Assembly: GCF_006345805.1 (NCBI RefSeq)
Contig: NC_043012.1
Location: 38,254,001-38,318,000, forward strand
DNA: 64,000 nucleotides
Direction: 5' to 3'
Source of the DNA: Octopus sinensis
Taxonomy: Eukaryota
Positions 50,001 to 61,956 of the stretch are shown here, piece after piece (position 1 is the stretch's first letter; every line of letters begins with the position of its first letter). The translations under genes and the position numbers were made by a program. Below the pieces are notes generated by a model. That model was not told where the DNA came from and did not search any database. It worked only from the letters and a program-made list of their open reading frames with translations.

Positions 50001-53000
50001 ATTAGAGAAGAAAAGTGAGTGAGAAAGATTAGAGAAGAAGAAAAGAGAGTGAGAAGATTTAGAGAAGAAAAGAGATGAGAAAGATTTAGAGAAGAAAGAG
50101 AGTGAGAAAGATTTAGAGAAGAAAAGAGAGTGAAAAGATTTAGAGAAGAAAAGACAGCGAGAAAGATTTAGAGAAGAAAGAGAGTGAGAAAGATTTAGAG
50201 AAAAAGAAAAGAGATGAGAAGATTGAGAAGAAAAGAGAGTGAGAAAGAATTTTAGAGAAGAAAAGAGAGTGAGAAAGATTTAGAGAAGAAAAGAGGAGAA
50301 AGATTTAAGAAGAAAAGAGAGTGAGAAAGATTTAGAGAAGAAAAGAGAGTGAGAAAGAATTAGAGAAGAAAAGAGAGTGAGAAATTTAGAAAGAAAAGAG
50401 AGTGAGAAAGATTTAGAGAAGAAAAGAGAGTGAGAGAATGAGAGAGAAAAGAGAGTGAGAAGATTTAGAGAAGAAAAGAGAGTGAGAAAGGTGTAGAGAA
50501 GAAAAGAGAGTGAGAAAGATTTAGAGAAGAAAGAGAGTGAGAAAGATTTAGAGAAAAAGAGAGCGAGAAAGATTAGAGAAGAAAAGAGAGTGAGAAAGAT
50601 TTAGAGAAAAAGAGAGCGAGAAAGATTTAGAGAGAAAAGAGAGTGAGAAAGATTTAGGAGAAGAAAAGAGAGTGAGAAAAGAGTGAGAAAGATTTAGAGA
50701 AGAAAGAGAGTGAGAAAGATTTAGAGAAAAAAGAGAGTGAGAAGATTTAGAGAAGAAAAGAGGAGGAGAAGATTTAGAGAAAAAAGAAGTGAGAAAGAAT
50801 TAGAAAGAAAAGAGAGTGAGAAAGATTTAGAGAAGAAAGAGAGTTGAGAAAGTTTAGAGAAGAAAAGAGAGTGAGAAAGATTTAGAGAAAAAAGAGAGTG
50901 AGAAAGATTTAGAGAAGAAAAGAGAGCGAGAAAGATTTAGCGAGAAGAAAAGAGATGAGAAAGATTTAGAGAAGAAAAGAGAGCGAGAAAGATTTAGAGA
51001 AGAAAGAGTGAGAAAGATTTAGAGAAGAAAAGAGAGTGAGAAGATTTAGAGAAAGAAAGAGAGTGAGAAAGATTTAAAGAAGAAAAGAGAGTGAGAAATA
51101 TTTAGAGAAGAAAAGAGAGCGAGAAAGATTTAGAGAAGAATAGAAGCGAGAAAGATTTAGAGAAGAAAAGAGAGTGAGAAAGATTTAGAGAAGAAAAGAG
51201 AGTGAGAAAGATTTAGAGAAAAAGAGAGTAGAAAAGATTAGAGAAGAAAAGAGAGTGTGAAAGATTAGAGAAGAAAAGAGAGTGAGAAAGATTTAGAGAA
51301 GAAAAGAGAGTGAGAAATATTTAGAGAGAAAAGAGAGTGAGAAAATATTTAGAGAAGAAAAGAGAGTGTGAGAAAGATTTAGGGAAAAGAAAAGAGAGTG
51401 AGAAAGATTTAGAGAAGAAAGAGAGTGAGAAAGATTTAAGAAGAAAAAGAGAGTGAGAAAGATTTAAGAGAAAAGAGAGTGAGAAAGAATTAGAGAAGAA
51501 AAGAGAGTGAGAAAGATTAGAGAAGAAAGAGAGCGAGAAAGATTTAGAGAAGAAAAGAGAGTGAGAAAGATTTAGAGAAGAAAGAGAGTGAGAAAGATTT
51601 AGAGAAAAAAGAGAGTGAGAAAGATTTAGAGAAGAAAAGAGAGTGAGAAAGATTTAGAGAAGAAAAGAGAGTGAGAAAGATTATAGAGAAGAAAAGAGAG
51701 TGAGAAAGATTTAGAGAAGAAAAGAGAGCGAGAAATATTTAGAGAAGAAAAGAGAGCGAGAAAGATTAGAGAAGAAAAGAGAGCGAGAAAGATTTAGGAG
51801 AAGAAAGAGTGAGAAAGAAGATTTAGAGAAGAAATGAGAGTGAGAATATTTAGAGAAGAAAAGGAGGTGAGAAAGATTTAGAGAAGAAAAGAGAGTGAGA
51901 AAGATTTAAAGAAGAAAAGAGAGTGAGAAAGATTAAGAAGAAAAGAGAGCGAAGAAGATTTAGAGAAAAAAGAGAGCGAGAAAGATTTATAGAAGAAAAA
52001 GAGAGTGAGAAAGATTAGAGAAGAAAAGAGAGCGAGAAAGATTTAGAGAAGAAAAGAGAGTGAGAAAGATTAGAGAGAAAAGAGAGTGAAAAAGATTTAG
52101 AGATAAGAAAGAGAGTGAGAATGATTTAGAGTAGAAAAGAGAGTAGAGAAAGATTTAGAGAAGAAAAGAGAGTGAGAAAGATTAGGAGAAGAAAAGAGAG
52201 CGAGAAAGATTTAGAGAAGAAAAGAGAGTGAGAAAGATTTAGAGAAGAAAAGAGAGTGAAAAAGATTTAGATAAGAAAAGAGAGTGAGAATGATTTAGAG
52301 TAGAAAAGAGAGTGAGAAAGATTTAGAGAAAGAAAAGAGAGTGAGAAAGATTTAGAGAAGAAAGAGAGTGAGAAAGATTTAGAGAAGAAAAGAGAGTGAG
52401 AAAGATTTAGAGAAGAAAAGAGAGTGAGAAAGATTTAAAAAAGAAGAAAGAGAGTGAGAAAGATTAGAGAAGAAAAGAGCGAGCGAGAAAAGATTTAGAG
52501 AGAAAAGAGAGCGAGAAAGATTTAGAGAAGAAAAGAGAGCGAGAAAGATTAGAGAAGAAAAGAGAGCGAGAAAGATTTAGAGAAAAAGAGAGTGAGAAAG
52601 ATTTAGAGAAGAAAGAGAGTGAGAAAGATTTAGAGAAGAAAGATAGTGAGAAAGATTAGAGAGAAGAAAAGAGAGCGAGAAAGATTTAGAGAAGAAAGAG
52701 ATGAGAAAGATTTAGAGAAGAAAAGAGAGTGAGAAGATTTAGAGAAGAAAAGAGAGTGAGAAGATTTAGAGAAGAAAAGAGAGCGAGAAGATTTAGAGAA
52801 GAAAAGAGGCGAGAAAGATTTAGAGAAGAAAAGAGAGCGAGAAAGACTTATAGAAGAAAAGAGATGAGAACGATTAGATAAGAAAAGAGAGTGAAGAAGA
52901 TTTAGAGAAGAAAGAGAATTGAGAAAGGATTTAGAGAAGAAAAGAGAGTGAGAAAGAATTTAGAGAAGAAAAGAGAGCGAGAAAGATTTAGAGAGAAAAG

Positions 53001-55572
53001 AGAGTGAGAAAGATTAGAGAAGAAAAGAGAGTGAGAAAGATTTAGATAGAAGAAGAGAGTGAGAAAGAATTAGAGAAGAAAAGAGAGTGAGAAAGATTTA
53101 GAGAAGAAAAGAGATGTGAAAGATTTAGAGAAGAAAGAGAGTGAGAAAGATTTAGAGAAGACAAGAGCGTGAGAAAGATTCGAGAAGAAAGAGAGTGAGA
53201 AAGATTTAGAGAAGAAAAGAGAGTGAGAAAGATTTAGAGAAGAAAAAGAGAGCGAGAAAGATTTAGAGAAGAAAAGAGAGTGAGAAAGATTTAGAGAAGA
53301 AAAGAGAGTGAGAAAGATTTAGAGAAGAAACGAGAGTGGAGAAGAAAGAATTAGAGAAGAAAACGAGAGTGAGAAGATTTAGAGAAGAAAAGAGAGTGAG
53401 AAAGATTTGAGAAGAAAAGATGAGAAAGATTTAGAGAAGAAAGAGAGTGAGAAAGATTAGAGAAGAAAAGAGAGTGAGAACATTTAGAAAAGAAAGAGAG
53501 TGAGAAGATTTAGAGAAGAAAAGAGAGTGAGAAAGAATTAGAGAAAAAAGAGTGAGAAAGATTTAGAGAAAAGAAGAGTGAGAAAGTTTAGAGAGAAAAG
53601 AAGTGAGAAAGATTTAGAGAAGAAAAAGAGTGAGAAAGATTAGAGAAGAAAAGAGAGCGAGATAGATTTAGAGAAGAAAAGAGAGTGAGAAAGATTTAGA
53701 GAAGAAAAGAGAGCGAGAAAGATTTAGAGAAGAAAAGAGTGAGAAAGATTTAGAGAAGAAAGAGAGTGAGAAAGATTTAGAGAAGAAAAGAGAGTGAGAA
53801 AGATTTAGAGAAGAAAAGAGAGTGAGAAAGATTTAGAGAAGAAAGAGAGTGAGAAAGAGTTAGAGAAGAAAAGAGAGTGAGAAAGATTTAGAGAAGAAAA
53901 GAGAGTGAGAAAGATTTAGAAAGAAAAGAATGAGAAAGATTTAGAAAAGAAAAAGAGTGAGAAAGATTTAGATAAGAAGATAGTGAGAAAGAGTAGAGAG
54001 AAAGAGAGTGGAAAGATTTAGAGAAGAAAAGAGTGAGAAAGGTTAGAGAATAAAGAGAGTGAGACAGATTTAGAGAAGAAAAGAAGAGATTAGAAAGATT
54101 TAGAGAAGAAAAGAAGCGAGAAAGATTTAGCGAAAAAAGAGAGTGAGAAAGATTTAGAGAAGAAAAGAGAGCGAGAAAGATTTAGAGAAGAAAGAGAGGT
54201 GAGAAAGATTTAGAGAAGAAAAGAGAGTGAGAAAGATTAGAGAAGAAAAGAGAGTGAGAAAGTTTAAAGAGAAAAGAGAGCGAGAAAGATTTAGAGAAGA
54301 AAAGAGAGCGAGAAAGATTTAGAGAAGAAAGAGAGCGAGAAAGATTTAGAGAGAAAAGAGAGTGAGAAAGATTTAGAGAAAAAAGAGAGTGAGAAAGATT
54401 TAGAGAAGAAAAGAGAGTGAGAAAGATTTAGAGAAGAAAAGAGAGCGAGAAAGATTTAGAGAAGAAAAGAGAGTGAGAAAGATTTAGAGAAGAAAAGAGA
54501 GTGAGAAATATTTAGAGAAGAAAAGAGAGTGAGAAAGATTTAGAGAAGAAAAGAGTGTGAGAAAGATTTAGGGAAGAAAAGAGAGTGAGAAAGATTTAGA
54601 GAAGAAAAGAGAGTGAGAAAGATTTAGAGAAGAAAAGAGATTGAGAAAGATTTAGAGAAGAAAGAGAGTGAGAAGATTAGAGAAGAAAAGAGAGTGAGAA
54701 AGATTTAAGAAGAAATAGAGTGAGAAAGATTTAGAGAAGAAAAGAGAGTGAGAAAGATTATATAAGAAAAGAGAGTGAGAAGAATTAGAGAAGAAGAGAG
54801 AGTGAGAAAGATTTAGAGAAGAAAGAGAGCGAGAAAGATTTTAGAAAGAAAAAGAGCGCGAGAAGATTTAGCGAAGAAAAGGGAGTGAGAAAGATTTAGA
54901 GAAGAAAAGAGAGCGACAAATATTTAGAGAAGAAAAGAGAGTGAGAAAGATTTAGAGAAGAAAAGAGAGTGAGAAAGATTTAGAGAAGAAAAGAGAGTGA
55001 GAAAGAATTAGAGAAGAAAAGAGAGTGAGAAAGATTTAGAGAAGAAAAGAGAGCGAGAAAGATTTAGAGAAGAAAAGAGAGCGAGAAAGATTTAGCGAAG
55101 AAAAGGGAGTGAGAAAGATTTAGAGAAGAAAAGAGAGCGAGAAATATTTAGAGAAGAAAAGAGAGTGAGAAAGATTTAGAGAAGAAAAGAGAGTGAGAAA
55201 GATTTAGAGAAGAAAAGAGAGTGAGAAAGATTTAGAAGAAGAAAAGAGAGTGGAAAGATGTGAGAAGAAAAGAGAGAGGAGCGAGAAAGATTAGAGAAGA
55301 AAAGAGAGCGAGAAGATTTAGAGAAGAAAAGAGAGTGAGAAGAGAAAGATTTAGAGAAGAAAAGAGAGTGAGAAAGATTTAGAGAAGAAAAGAGAGTGAG
55401 AAAGATTTAGAGAAGAAAAGAGAGTGAGAAAGATTTAGAGAAGAAAAGAGAGTGAGAAAGATTTAGAGAAGAAAAGAGAGTGAGAAAGATTTAGAGAAGA
55501 AAAGAGAGTGAGAAAGATTTAGAGAAGAAAAGAGAGTGAAAAAGATTTAGAGAAGAAAAGAGAGTGAGAAAA
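38060..55572. repeat. 28-bp tandem satellite GAGAG(T/C)GAGAAAGATTTAGAGAAGAAAA, ~630 copies, 17.5 kb
   Basis: Period read directly; 24 of 28 bases on the + strand are purines; stops on both strands, no ORFs. Confidence 0.98.
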
Positions 55573-55782
55573 AACTTTTTGATATAAAGAGAAGCACTTC
55601 TGAAAAAAGTCATTCATATCACACTTATAACACAGAGGAATACGCTTAAACGTGAGAAAAGAATTTTGAAGATGAAAATATTTGAAAACTTAAGCAAGGA
55701 ATTCTTGTTTCGGGTATGAGAATATGTGTTCGTGTTTGTGTGTGTGCTTGTGTATATGTGTGTATATTTCATCTTTGGAACA

Positions 55783-55858
55783 ACAGCTAAACTCGAAGTA
55801 GATAAAACTATAAATGATAGCGTGTAAATACAGCTTTATCTGCTTCGAGTTTCACTGT
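55783..55858 (+). other. 76-nt imperfect hairpin, pre-miRNA-like geometry
   Basis: ACAG/CTGT, 2x2 loop, 18-bp stem AAACTCGAAGTAGATAAA/TTTATCTGCTTCGAGTTT (one G-U), 1x1 loop, 2 bp, 22-nt loop. Confidence 0.4.
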
Positions 55859-55889
55859 CTCATAAAATAATTATTTCACATTCTCTGGA

Positions 55890-55929
<40 letters not shown>

Positions 55930-56190
55930 ACGTGATCATGTGGCCTACCAGACTATCAGATATTATTACACATCGCTGGTCACAATGCACTTGTATTGTT
56001 TTAGCCTTCAAATGCCGTCATGCTGATGGCTGGGCGATCACGCCGACATTCTCCGCTGATGGATGCGGGGCTGGAGCAACGTGAAATGAAGTGATTTGAT
56101 CAAGACATAACCCACCGCTCAATCAGGGTATCGAACCCACGATCTGGCGATCACGAGAGCAGCACCCTGACCACTAGGCCACGCGCCTTC
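55930..56190 (-). mobile_element. CORE-like SINE, head H4, tail T2
   Basis: GAAGGCGCGTGGCCTAGTGG head, GGTTCGATACC B box, tail as at 8090-8190. Confidence 0.75.
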
Positions 56191-56269
56191 CACACAGACG
56201 CACAGACACGCATACTTATGTATACACGTTATACATCCATATATATCTACACATATATTTATGTGTAAT

Positions 56270-56536
56270 GTGTATATATATATTATATATATTTAACAAT
56301 TAAGGATAACTTCTTAATAAGGAATCTTAACAAGAAATTATCAGGTAGATAGCGTGAAAAACCTTATAAGAGAAAAATTTGGAAAATAATTCTGTCTTAT
56401 TGAACATATTAATTTATATATAGAGGGCATTATTATACATACATGCCTCACGCTAAGAGGGACATCATTCTGGTAGAATGACTGATGTCCCTCTTAGCGT
56501 GAGGCATGTATGTATAATAATGCCCTCTATATATAA
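56270..56536 (-). mobile_element. Miniature fold-back insertion, probable PLE end with inverted 5' copy
   Basis: Perfect 54-bp inverted repeat 56414-56467/56483-56536, 15-nt loop, extra ~140-nt tail, (TA)n flanks. Confidence 0.55.
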
Positions 56537-56540
56537 TATA

Positions 56541-56585
<45 letters not shown>

Positions 56586-56840
56586 TATATATATATTGTG
56601 TATGAGTTTAGTGTACGTGTGCATGCAAGTATGTATGTATGTATGTATGTATGTATGCATGTATGTATGTATGTATATATGAATGTATGTGGGTAGTCAG
56701 AGATTCCAGAGAGTTTGAAGTTCTGAGGTTAAAAGTGTGTATTCTTAGGTGTAAGTGATGAAGAGAGGATTCACCACAGCAAGGCAATTATTAAACAGAA
56801 CATGTGAAGGAGTATGTAAGATCTATGCATTTTGTAATAT

Positions 56841-57048
56841 CAGTCAATAGAATTTTACGGGGCAGGGATACATGCTCTTATTCGAAGGTGGAACATTGCT
56901 ATTGAGATAAACGGTGACTATTTTGAGAGAAGGGATGTGATCCATAGAGGACCACAGAGGAACAGCTCCATTCTGATGTATACATATTCCTGTGTTGGTA
57001 ATTATACCTGTCCTAAAGAAAATAGCATTACTTTTTGACTCACCCCCG
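56841..57048 (+). mobile_element. mariner-type transposon 3' end
   Basis: QSIEFYGAGIHALIRRWNIAIEINGDYFE (mariner C-terminus), then TIR GCATTACTTTTTGACTCACCCCCG and TA. Confidence 0.75.
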
Positions 57049-57182
57049 TATAGATATATATGTATATAAATATATATACCGGAGTAAACACATAAATGTG
57101 AAACAAGGTGGAAAAAAGAGTACTCAAATACCAGTGGTAGAGTAATATGCTTTATTTTAAGCAGCAGAAAATTCAACAAAAT

Positions 57183-57220
57183 CTGTTACTCTGAGTTTCT
57201 CGTTGCCGTTCATCAGACAG
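57183..57220 (-). ncRNA. Minimal type I hammerhead in the 3' pseudo-LTR
   Basis: CTGT-CTGATGA-A-CG(GCAA)CG-A-GAA-ACTCAGAGT-A-ACAG. Confidence 0.7.
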
Positions 57221-58210
57221 TTTCTTGCTAGAATGGAACATATATATTATTCAATCTATACTCTTACAAACGCTACACCTTTAAAAAGAAATGGACTTGT
57301 TTGATTGGCCCTTAGAAAAAACGGTCAATCTTCGAGCGATAAACAAAAAGGTCAAAAATATATGTATATATATTAAAAACTTATAAAAATTATAAAATCC
57401 GAGGAAAATACCGAGGAAAAAACCTGTTGCCGTTAATGAAGACATTACAAATTAATGCATAGAAATTAAACCTGTTATAATACTGCAATACATATTATAT
57501 TAAAATCCACATATATATATCAACATACACAAAAGGATGCGCGTAAACGCCATACATACATATACAGACGTATGAATATGAATCTAAATTATACACATAA
57601 AAGCATGTGTACATATATTCACGCAAAACGTCTCGCACAAGCTAAAATTCATCTATGTAGCAATTCTCATATACTGAGCAAGGAGGGGGAACGAAAGAAA
57701 GGGAAAGAGAGAAAAAGGAACGAAGGAGGGGTGGGGAAAAAAATTTGTAGCGATGTTATTTGCATCTATAGAGGCCAGTATACATACACAAGTTTGAATC
57801 GATACATATACATACCGTCGTGTGTATGCGTGCTAAGCACAAGCATACTTTCACTTACACATACACAGATACGTATGCTTACAAATACATATGCTTTGCT
57901 ATACACAAACTTATATAAACATTCTAAATTTGACAACATTGCTTTTTTATATAAAAAAAAAAAACATTGCTTTAAAAATTCGGTGCTTAATAAAAAAAAA
58001 AAAAAAAAAAAAAAATATACGAAAGACCTATAAAATAAATATAACATCCTATTTTGGTCATTTATAATAATCAAGGTAATATAAATAATCAAGGTAATCT
58101 TATGCAATACAAAACATGAAAACAAAGTTTGTAGGTTTTTCCTAATATATATGTAGAAACAAGACTTTGCTATAGGTGTCCGTTGCAGCGCTCAAGAGTC
58201 AAAATCAAAA

Positions 58211-58777
58211 TCAAAAAATCAAAATACAAAATATATACTCTATCCATATGGTAATATTTATATTCGACATTTTAAATTTAGCCTTGTGCCTACATAAGTT
58301 CATTAATTCACTTCTTTGATTCAAAGAATTATTGTCTTTGAATAATATATGCATTTTTTCTAATAAGCAAAGCTTGCACTTGAAATTATATTTGTAAGCT
58401 CCATGCCTGTATGGTGCCGCCCTGTCCAGAATGCTCCATGTCACGTTGAAAGGTGGGGCTTCCTTTTCTTTTAGTTCCCAGACATATTTTGCTAGGCTGG
58501 TTTTCTTTCTATTCTCTGGGTATTTAAAAGAATTCTTATGAGAATAAAATCTTGTTTTAAATGAATTTTCTGAAGCCCCTGTGTATGTCTTGTATTCTGA
58601 TGAGCCTTCCACTTGCACCTTGGCTCTATAAACTACTCCTTTCACTAGACATTTCCCTTCTAACGGACAGGAGCTTTCGTTTTTGCAATTACATTTCTTA
58701 ATGGGCTCGGCACCATGTCTAATCTCAATTAGCTTCCTATTATGTTGGCTAATGTAAGAGGCGAATTTCTGCAACAA
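58211..58777 (-). pseudogene. PLE CxCx5C linker + GIY-YIG endonuclease
   Basis: CNCKNESSCPLEGKC...KGVVYRAKV...YTGASENSFKTRFYSH...CKLCLLEK...NQRSEL. Confidence 0.85.
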
Positions 58778-59182
58778 GAATAGCTAACTTCAGGGTTCTT
58801 CTATTAAATATTCTGTAGAATTTATGACCCTGCCTAAAATGCTTAGAGACTAATCTCAAAAATTCCTTACCTATATTAGTCTTTACGGCCAAATTGAAAG
58901 CCGGGTTGAACCACAAAACTTTCTAGTCCTAGTTCTTCGTGCAGCATTATTATTAGCATTAAGCTGGTTGAACTGGATCTTCTCCGAGAATCCACTATTC
59001 TTTAATGCGCTATCGTAATAAGGTGCAGCATTATGGAATGCTGCTCGTCCGAAAAATTGAAGATATTCTTCTACCTACATTGCTGACTAAGTTGCTAAGG
59101 ATAACTGGTGGATGGTTCGAATCTTTGCTAATATACGATAGCTTTTCATTGGGCTTACGGAAAGGTTTAAATCTATCCGATC

Positions 59183-59587
59183 TTACATTAAATTTACGTC
59201 TAAAAAATCTACACTATTCAGGTTAGTATCTATCGTAATCCGTAAGCCCATCCTTTGAAAGAAAGCTATAAGGTCCTTCCTAAGTCTATCTGATTCATGG
59301 CCGTTTAGATTATGCGTGGCTATAAGGCCGTCATCCCTATATAGACCTGCATCTATAAATGGGAATTCTATTTTTAGATTATGGAGAATAAAGGCTCCTA
59401 TGAGCATACATAATTCAGCCCCGTCGTATGCCCCCATCGGTACATCGAAAAGAGAATCCTCAGTCTTCTTAATCCAGGTGGAATCCTCGAAAAACAGAAG
59501 CGATTTCCTCGCATGCATAATAATTTCAATTTCCGAGCTATCGATGTTGACATACTGCTTGGCGAAGTCCAATGCCCTTAGGAGCAA
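59183..59587 (-). pseudogene. PLE reverse transcriptase core fragment
   Basis: MGAYDGAELC, YRDD, VDFLDVNL; frameshifts on both sides. Confidence 0.85.
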
Positions 59588-60968
59588 CGTCCTAGATATC
59601 GACGGGTAAAAGTCAATAATGTCGAATTGTGTGAAACTACAATTATTCTTATAGCTAATACCTTTAAACCACTCTATAACTGACTTACTATTCTTCCAAA
59701 TCTCAAGTCTACTTCACTATATAATTAACTAAAATACGGTCTTAAAATATTTTGCTAATAATTCCTATCTCAGTTTTAGCCGGATTTATCAATCTACATT
59801 TGGGGTTTCTACTAAAATTGTCTTTATGGTCTTTCAGAGTAATAAAGCTGGTCGTGGTGAAAGGTATTCAATCCTATCGCTAATCTTAAGATCGTTAGCT
59901 ATTCCTCTTGCTTCTAGTTCACCTCTTTGTATATATTCGTGTTGTCTTTTTTGTACGTGTCCGTGACACTATTCGAAATCAGGCGTTTATAAACGTCCTT
60001 ATCAAGTGCATATAAGTTCCTTGTCTTGTCAGATTAACGAAGATCTTATTCGAGCCGTTAATTTCCTTAATTTTTTTCTCTCATTTTTTTTTGCAATTGG
60101 TTGGTAAATTTGCGGAATTTAATTTTCCTAATAAGCTCGAAAAGGTCTTTCTCGAAGGCTTCTAATTCCGGAATCGGTGGTGGGTTTTTTTTTTTTTTAT
60201 TAATGCACCGAATTTTAAAAGCAATGTTTTTTTTATATAAAAAAGCAATGTTGTCAAATTTAGAATGTTTATATAAGTTTGTGTATAGCAAAGCATATGT
60301 ATTTGTAAGCATACGTATCTGTGTATGTGTAAGTGAAAGTATGCTTGTGCTTAAGCACGCATACACACGACGGTATGTATATGTATCGATTCAAACTGTG
60401 TATGTATACTGGCCTCTATAGATGCCAAATAACATCGCTACAAATTTTTTCCCCACCCCTCCTTCGTTCCTTTTTCTCTCTTTCCCTTTCTTTCGTTCCC
60501 CCTCCTTGCTCAGTATATGAGAATTGCTACATAGATGAATTTTAGCTTGCGTGCGAGACGTTTTGCGTGAATATATGTACACATGCTTTTATGTGTATAA
60601 TTTAGATTCATATTCATACGTCTGTATATGTATGTATGGCGTTTACGCGCATCCTTTTGTTGTTGTTATATATATATGTGGATTTTAATATAAATATGTA
60701 TTGCAGTATTTATAACAGGTTTAATTCTATGCATTAATTTGTACTGTCTTCATTAACGGCAACAGGTTTTTCCTCGGTATTTTCCTCGGATTTTATAATT
60801 TTTATAAGTTTTTATATATATATACATATATTTTTGACCTTTTTGTTTATCGCTCGAAGATTGACCGTTTTTTCTAAAGGGCCAATCAAACAAGTCCATT
60901 TCTTTTTAAAGGTGTAGCGTTTGTAGAGTATAGATTGAATTAATATATATGTTCCATTCTAGCAAGAA

Positions 60969-61006
60969 CTGTCTGATGAACGGCAACGAGAAACTCAGAG
61001 TAACAG
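60969..61006 (+). ncRNA. Second copy of the same hammerhead in the inverted arm
   Basis: Identical motif to 57183-57220 on the opposite strand. Confidence 0.7.
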
Positions 61007-61093
61007 ATTTTGTTGAATTTTCTGCTGCTTAAAATAAAGTATAAATATATAATTATATATATATATGTATATATATGTATATATATATATATA

Positions 61094-61188
<95 letters not shown>

Positions 61189-61395
61189 CACTTCAGGTGG
61201 TTTTTAGAGTCGGGGTTTTGATTTGCTATTTCGGCATGGTGCTATCTCTCAGATACCCTTATCTATAGTTTTATGTAGTTATAACCTTTGTATGGTATTT
61301 ATTCCCAGCTGGCCACTTGATAAAATCGATATTTAAATATAGATATCCTTATTATATAATAATATATAAATATATATATATAATATATATATTAT

Positions 61396-61442
<47 letters not shown>

Positions 61443-61494
61443 TAAAATTAGATAAGGGAAGAATTGATATTAATCAATTAAAACCAGTGGGTTA

Positions 61495-61529
<35 letters not shown>

Positions 61530-61552
61530 TATATATATTATATATACATGCA

Positions 61553-61593
<41 letters not shown>

Positions 61594-61597
61594 GTGT

Positions 61598-61870
61598 GGA
61601 GGCGCAATGGCCCAGTTGTTAGGGCAGCGGACTCGCGGTCGTAGGGTCGCGGTTTCGATTCCCAGACCGGACGTTGTGAGTGTTTATTGAGCGAAAACAA
61701 CTAAAGCTCCACGAGACTCTCGCAGGGGGTAAGTGGCGATCCCTACTGCACTCTTTCGCCACAACTTTCTCTCACTCTTTCCAGGGGGTAACGTCATTTG
61801 AAGGCTAAAACAATGCGAAGCGCATTGTGACTAGCGATGTGTATCAACATCTGATAGCCTGACGGTGACA
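61598..61870 (+). mobile_element. SINE head H3, tail T2
   Basis: GGAGGCGCAATGGCCCAGT head as at 12934; tail GTCATTTGAAGGCTAAAACAATGCGAAGCGCATTGTGAC. Confidence 0.8.
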
Positions 61871-61913
61871 CCACACACATATATATATATATATTATATA
61901 TATATATTATATA

Positions 61914-61956
<43 letters not shown>

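Larger units (their letters stand above)
57079..61043 (-). mobile_element. Penelope-like element, Hydra-like, with ~860-bp inverted arms
   Basis: RT FTQFDIIDFYPSIS, FDVPMGAYDGAELC, GLYRDDGL; CxCx5C linker; GIY-YIG VVYRAKV...YTG; 57146-58010 is the reverse complement of 60187-61043. Confidence 0.88.

Noticed and set aside
38060-55572. CRISPR array, coding repeat or telomeric array
   Set aside because: No unique spacers; stops on both strands; TTAGGG appears only as a rare variant of TTAGAG
61195-61260. Minus-strand CTGAGAG...GCCGAAATAGC hammerhead-like motif
   Set aside because: Core and helices too degenerate to support
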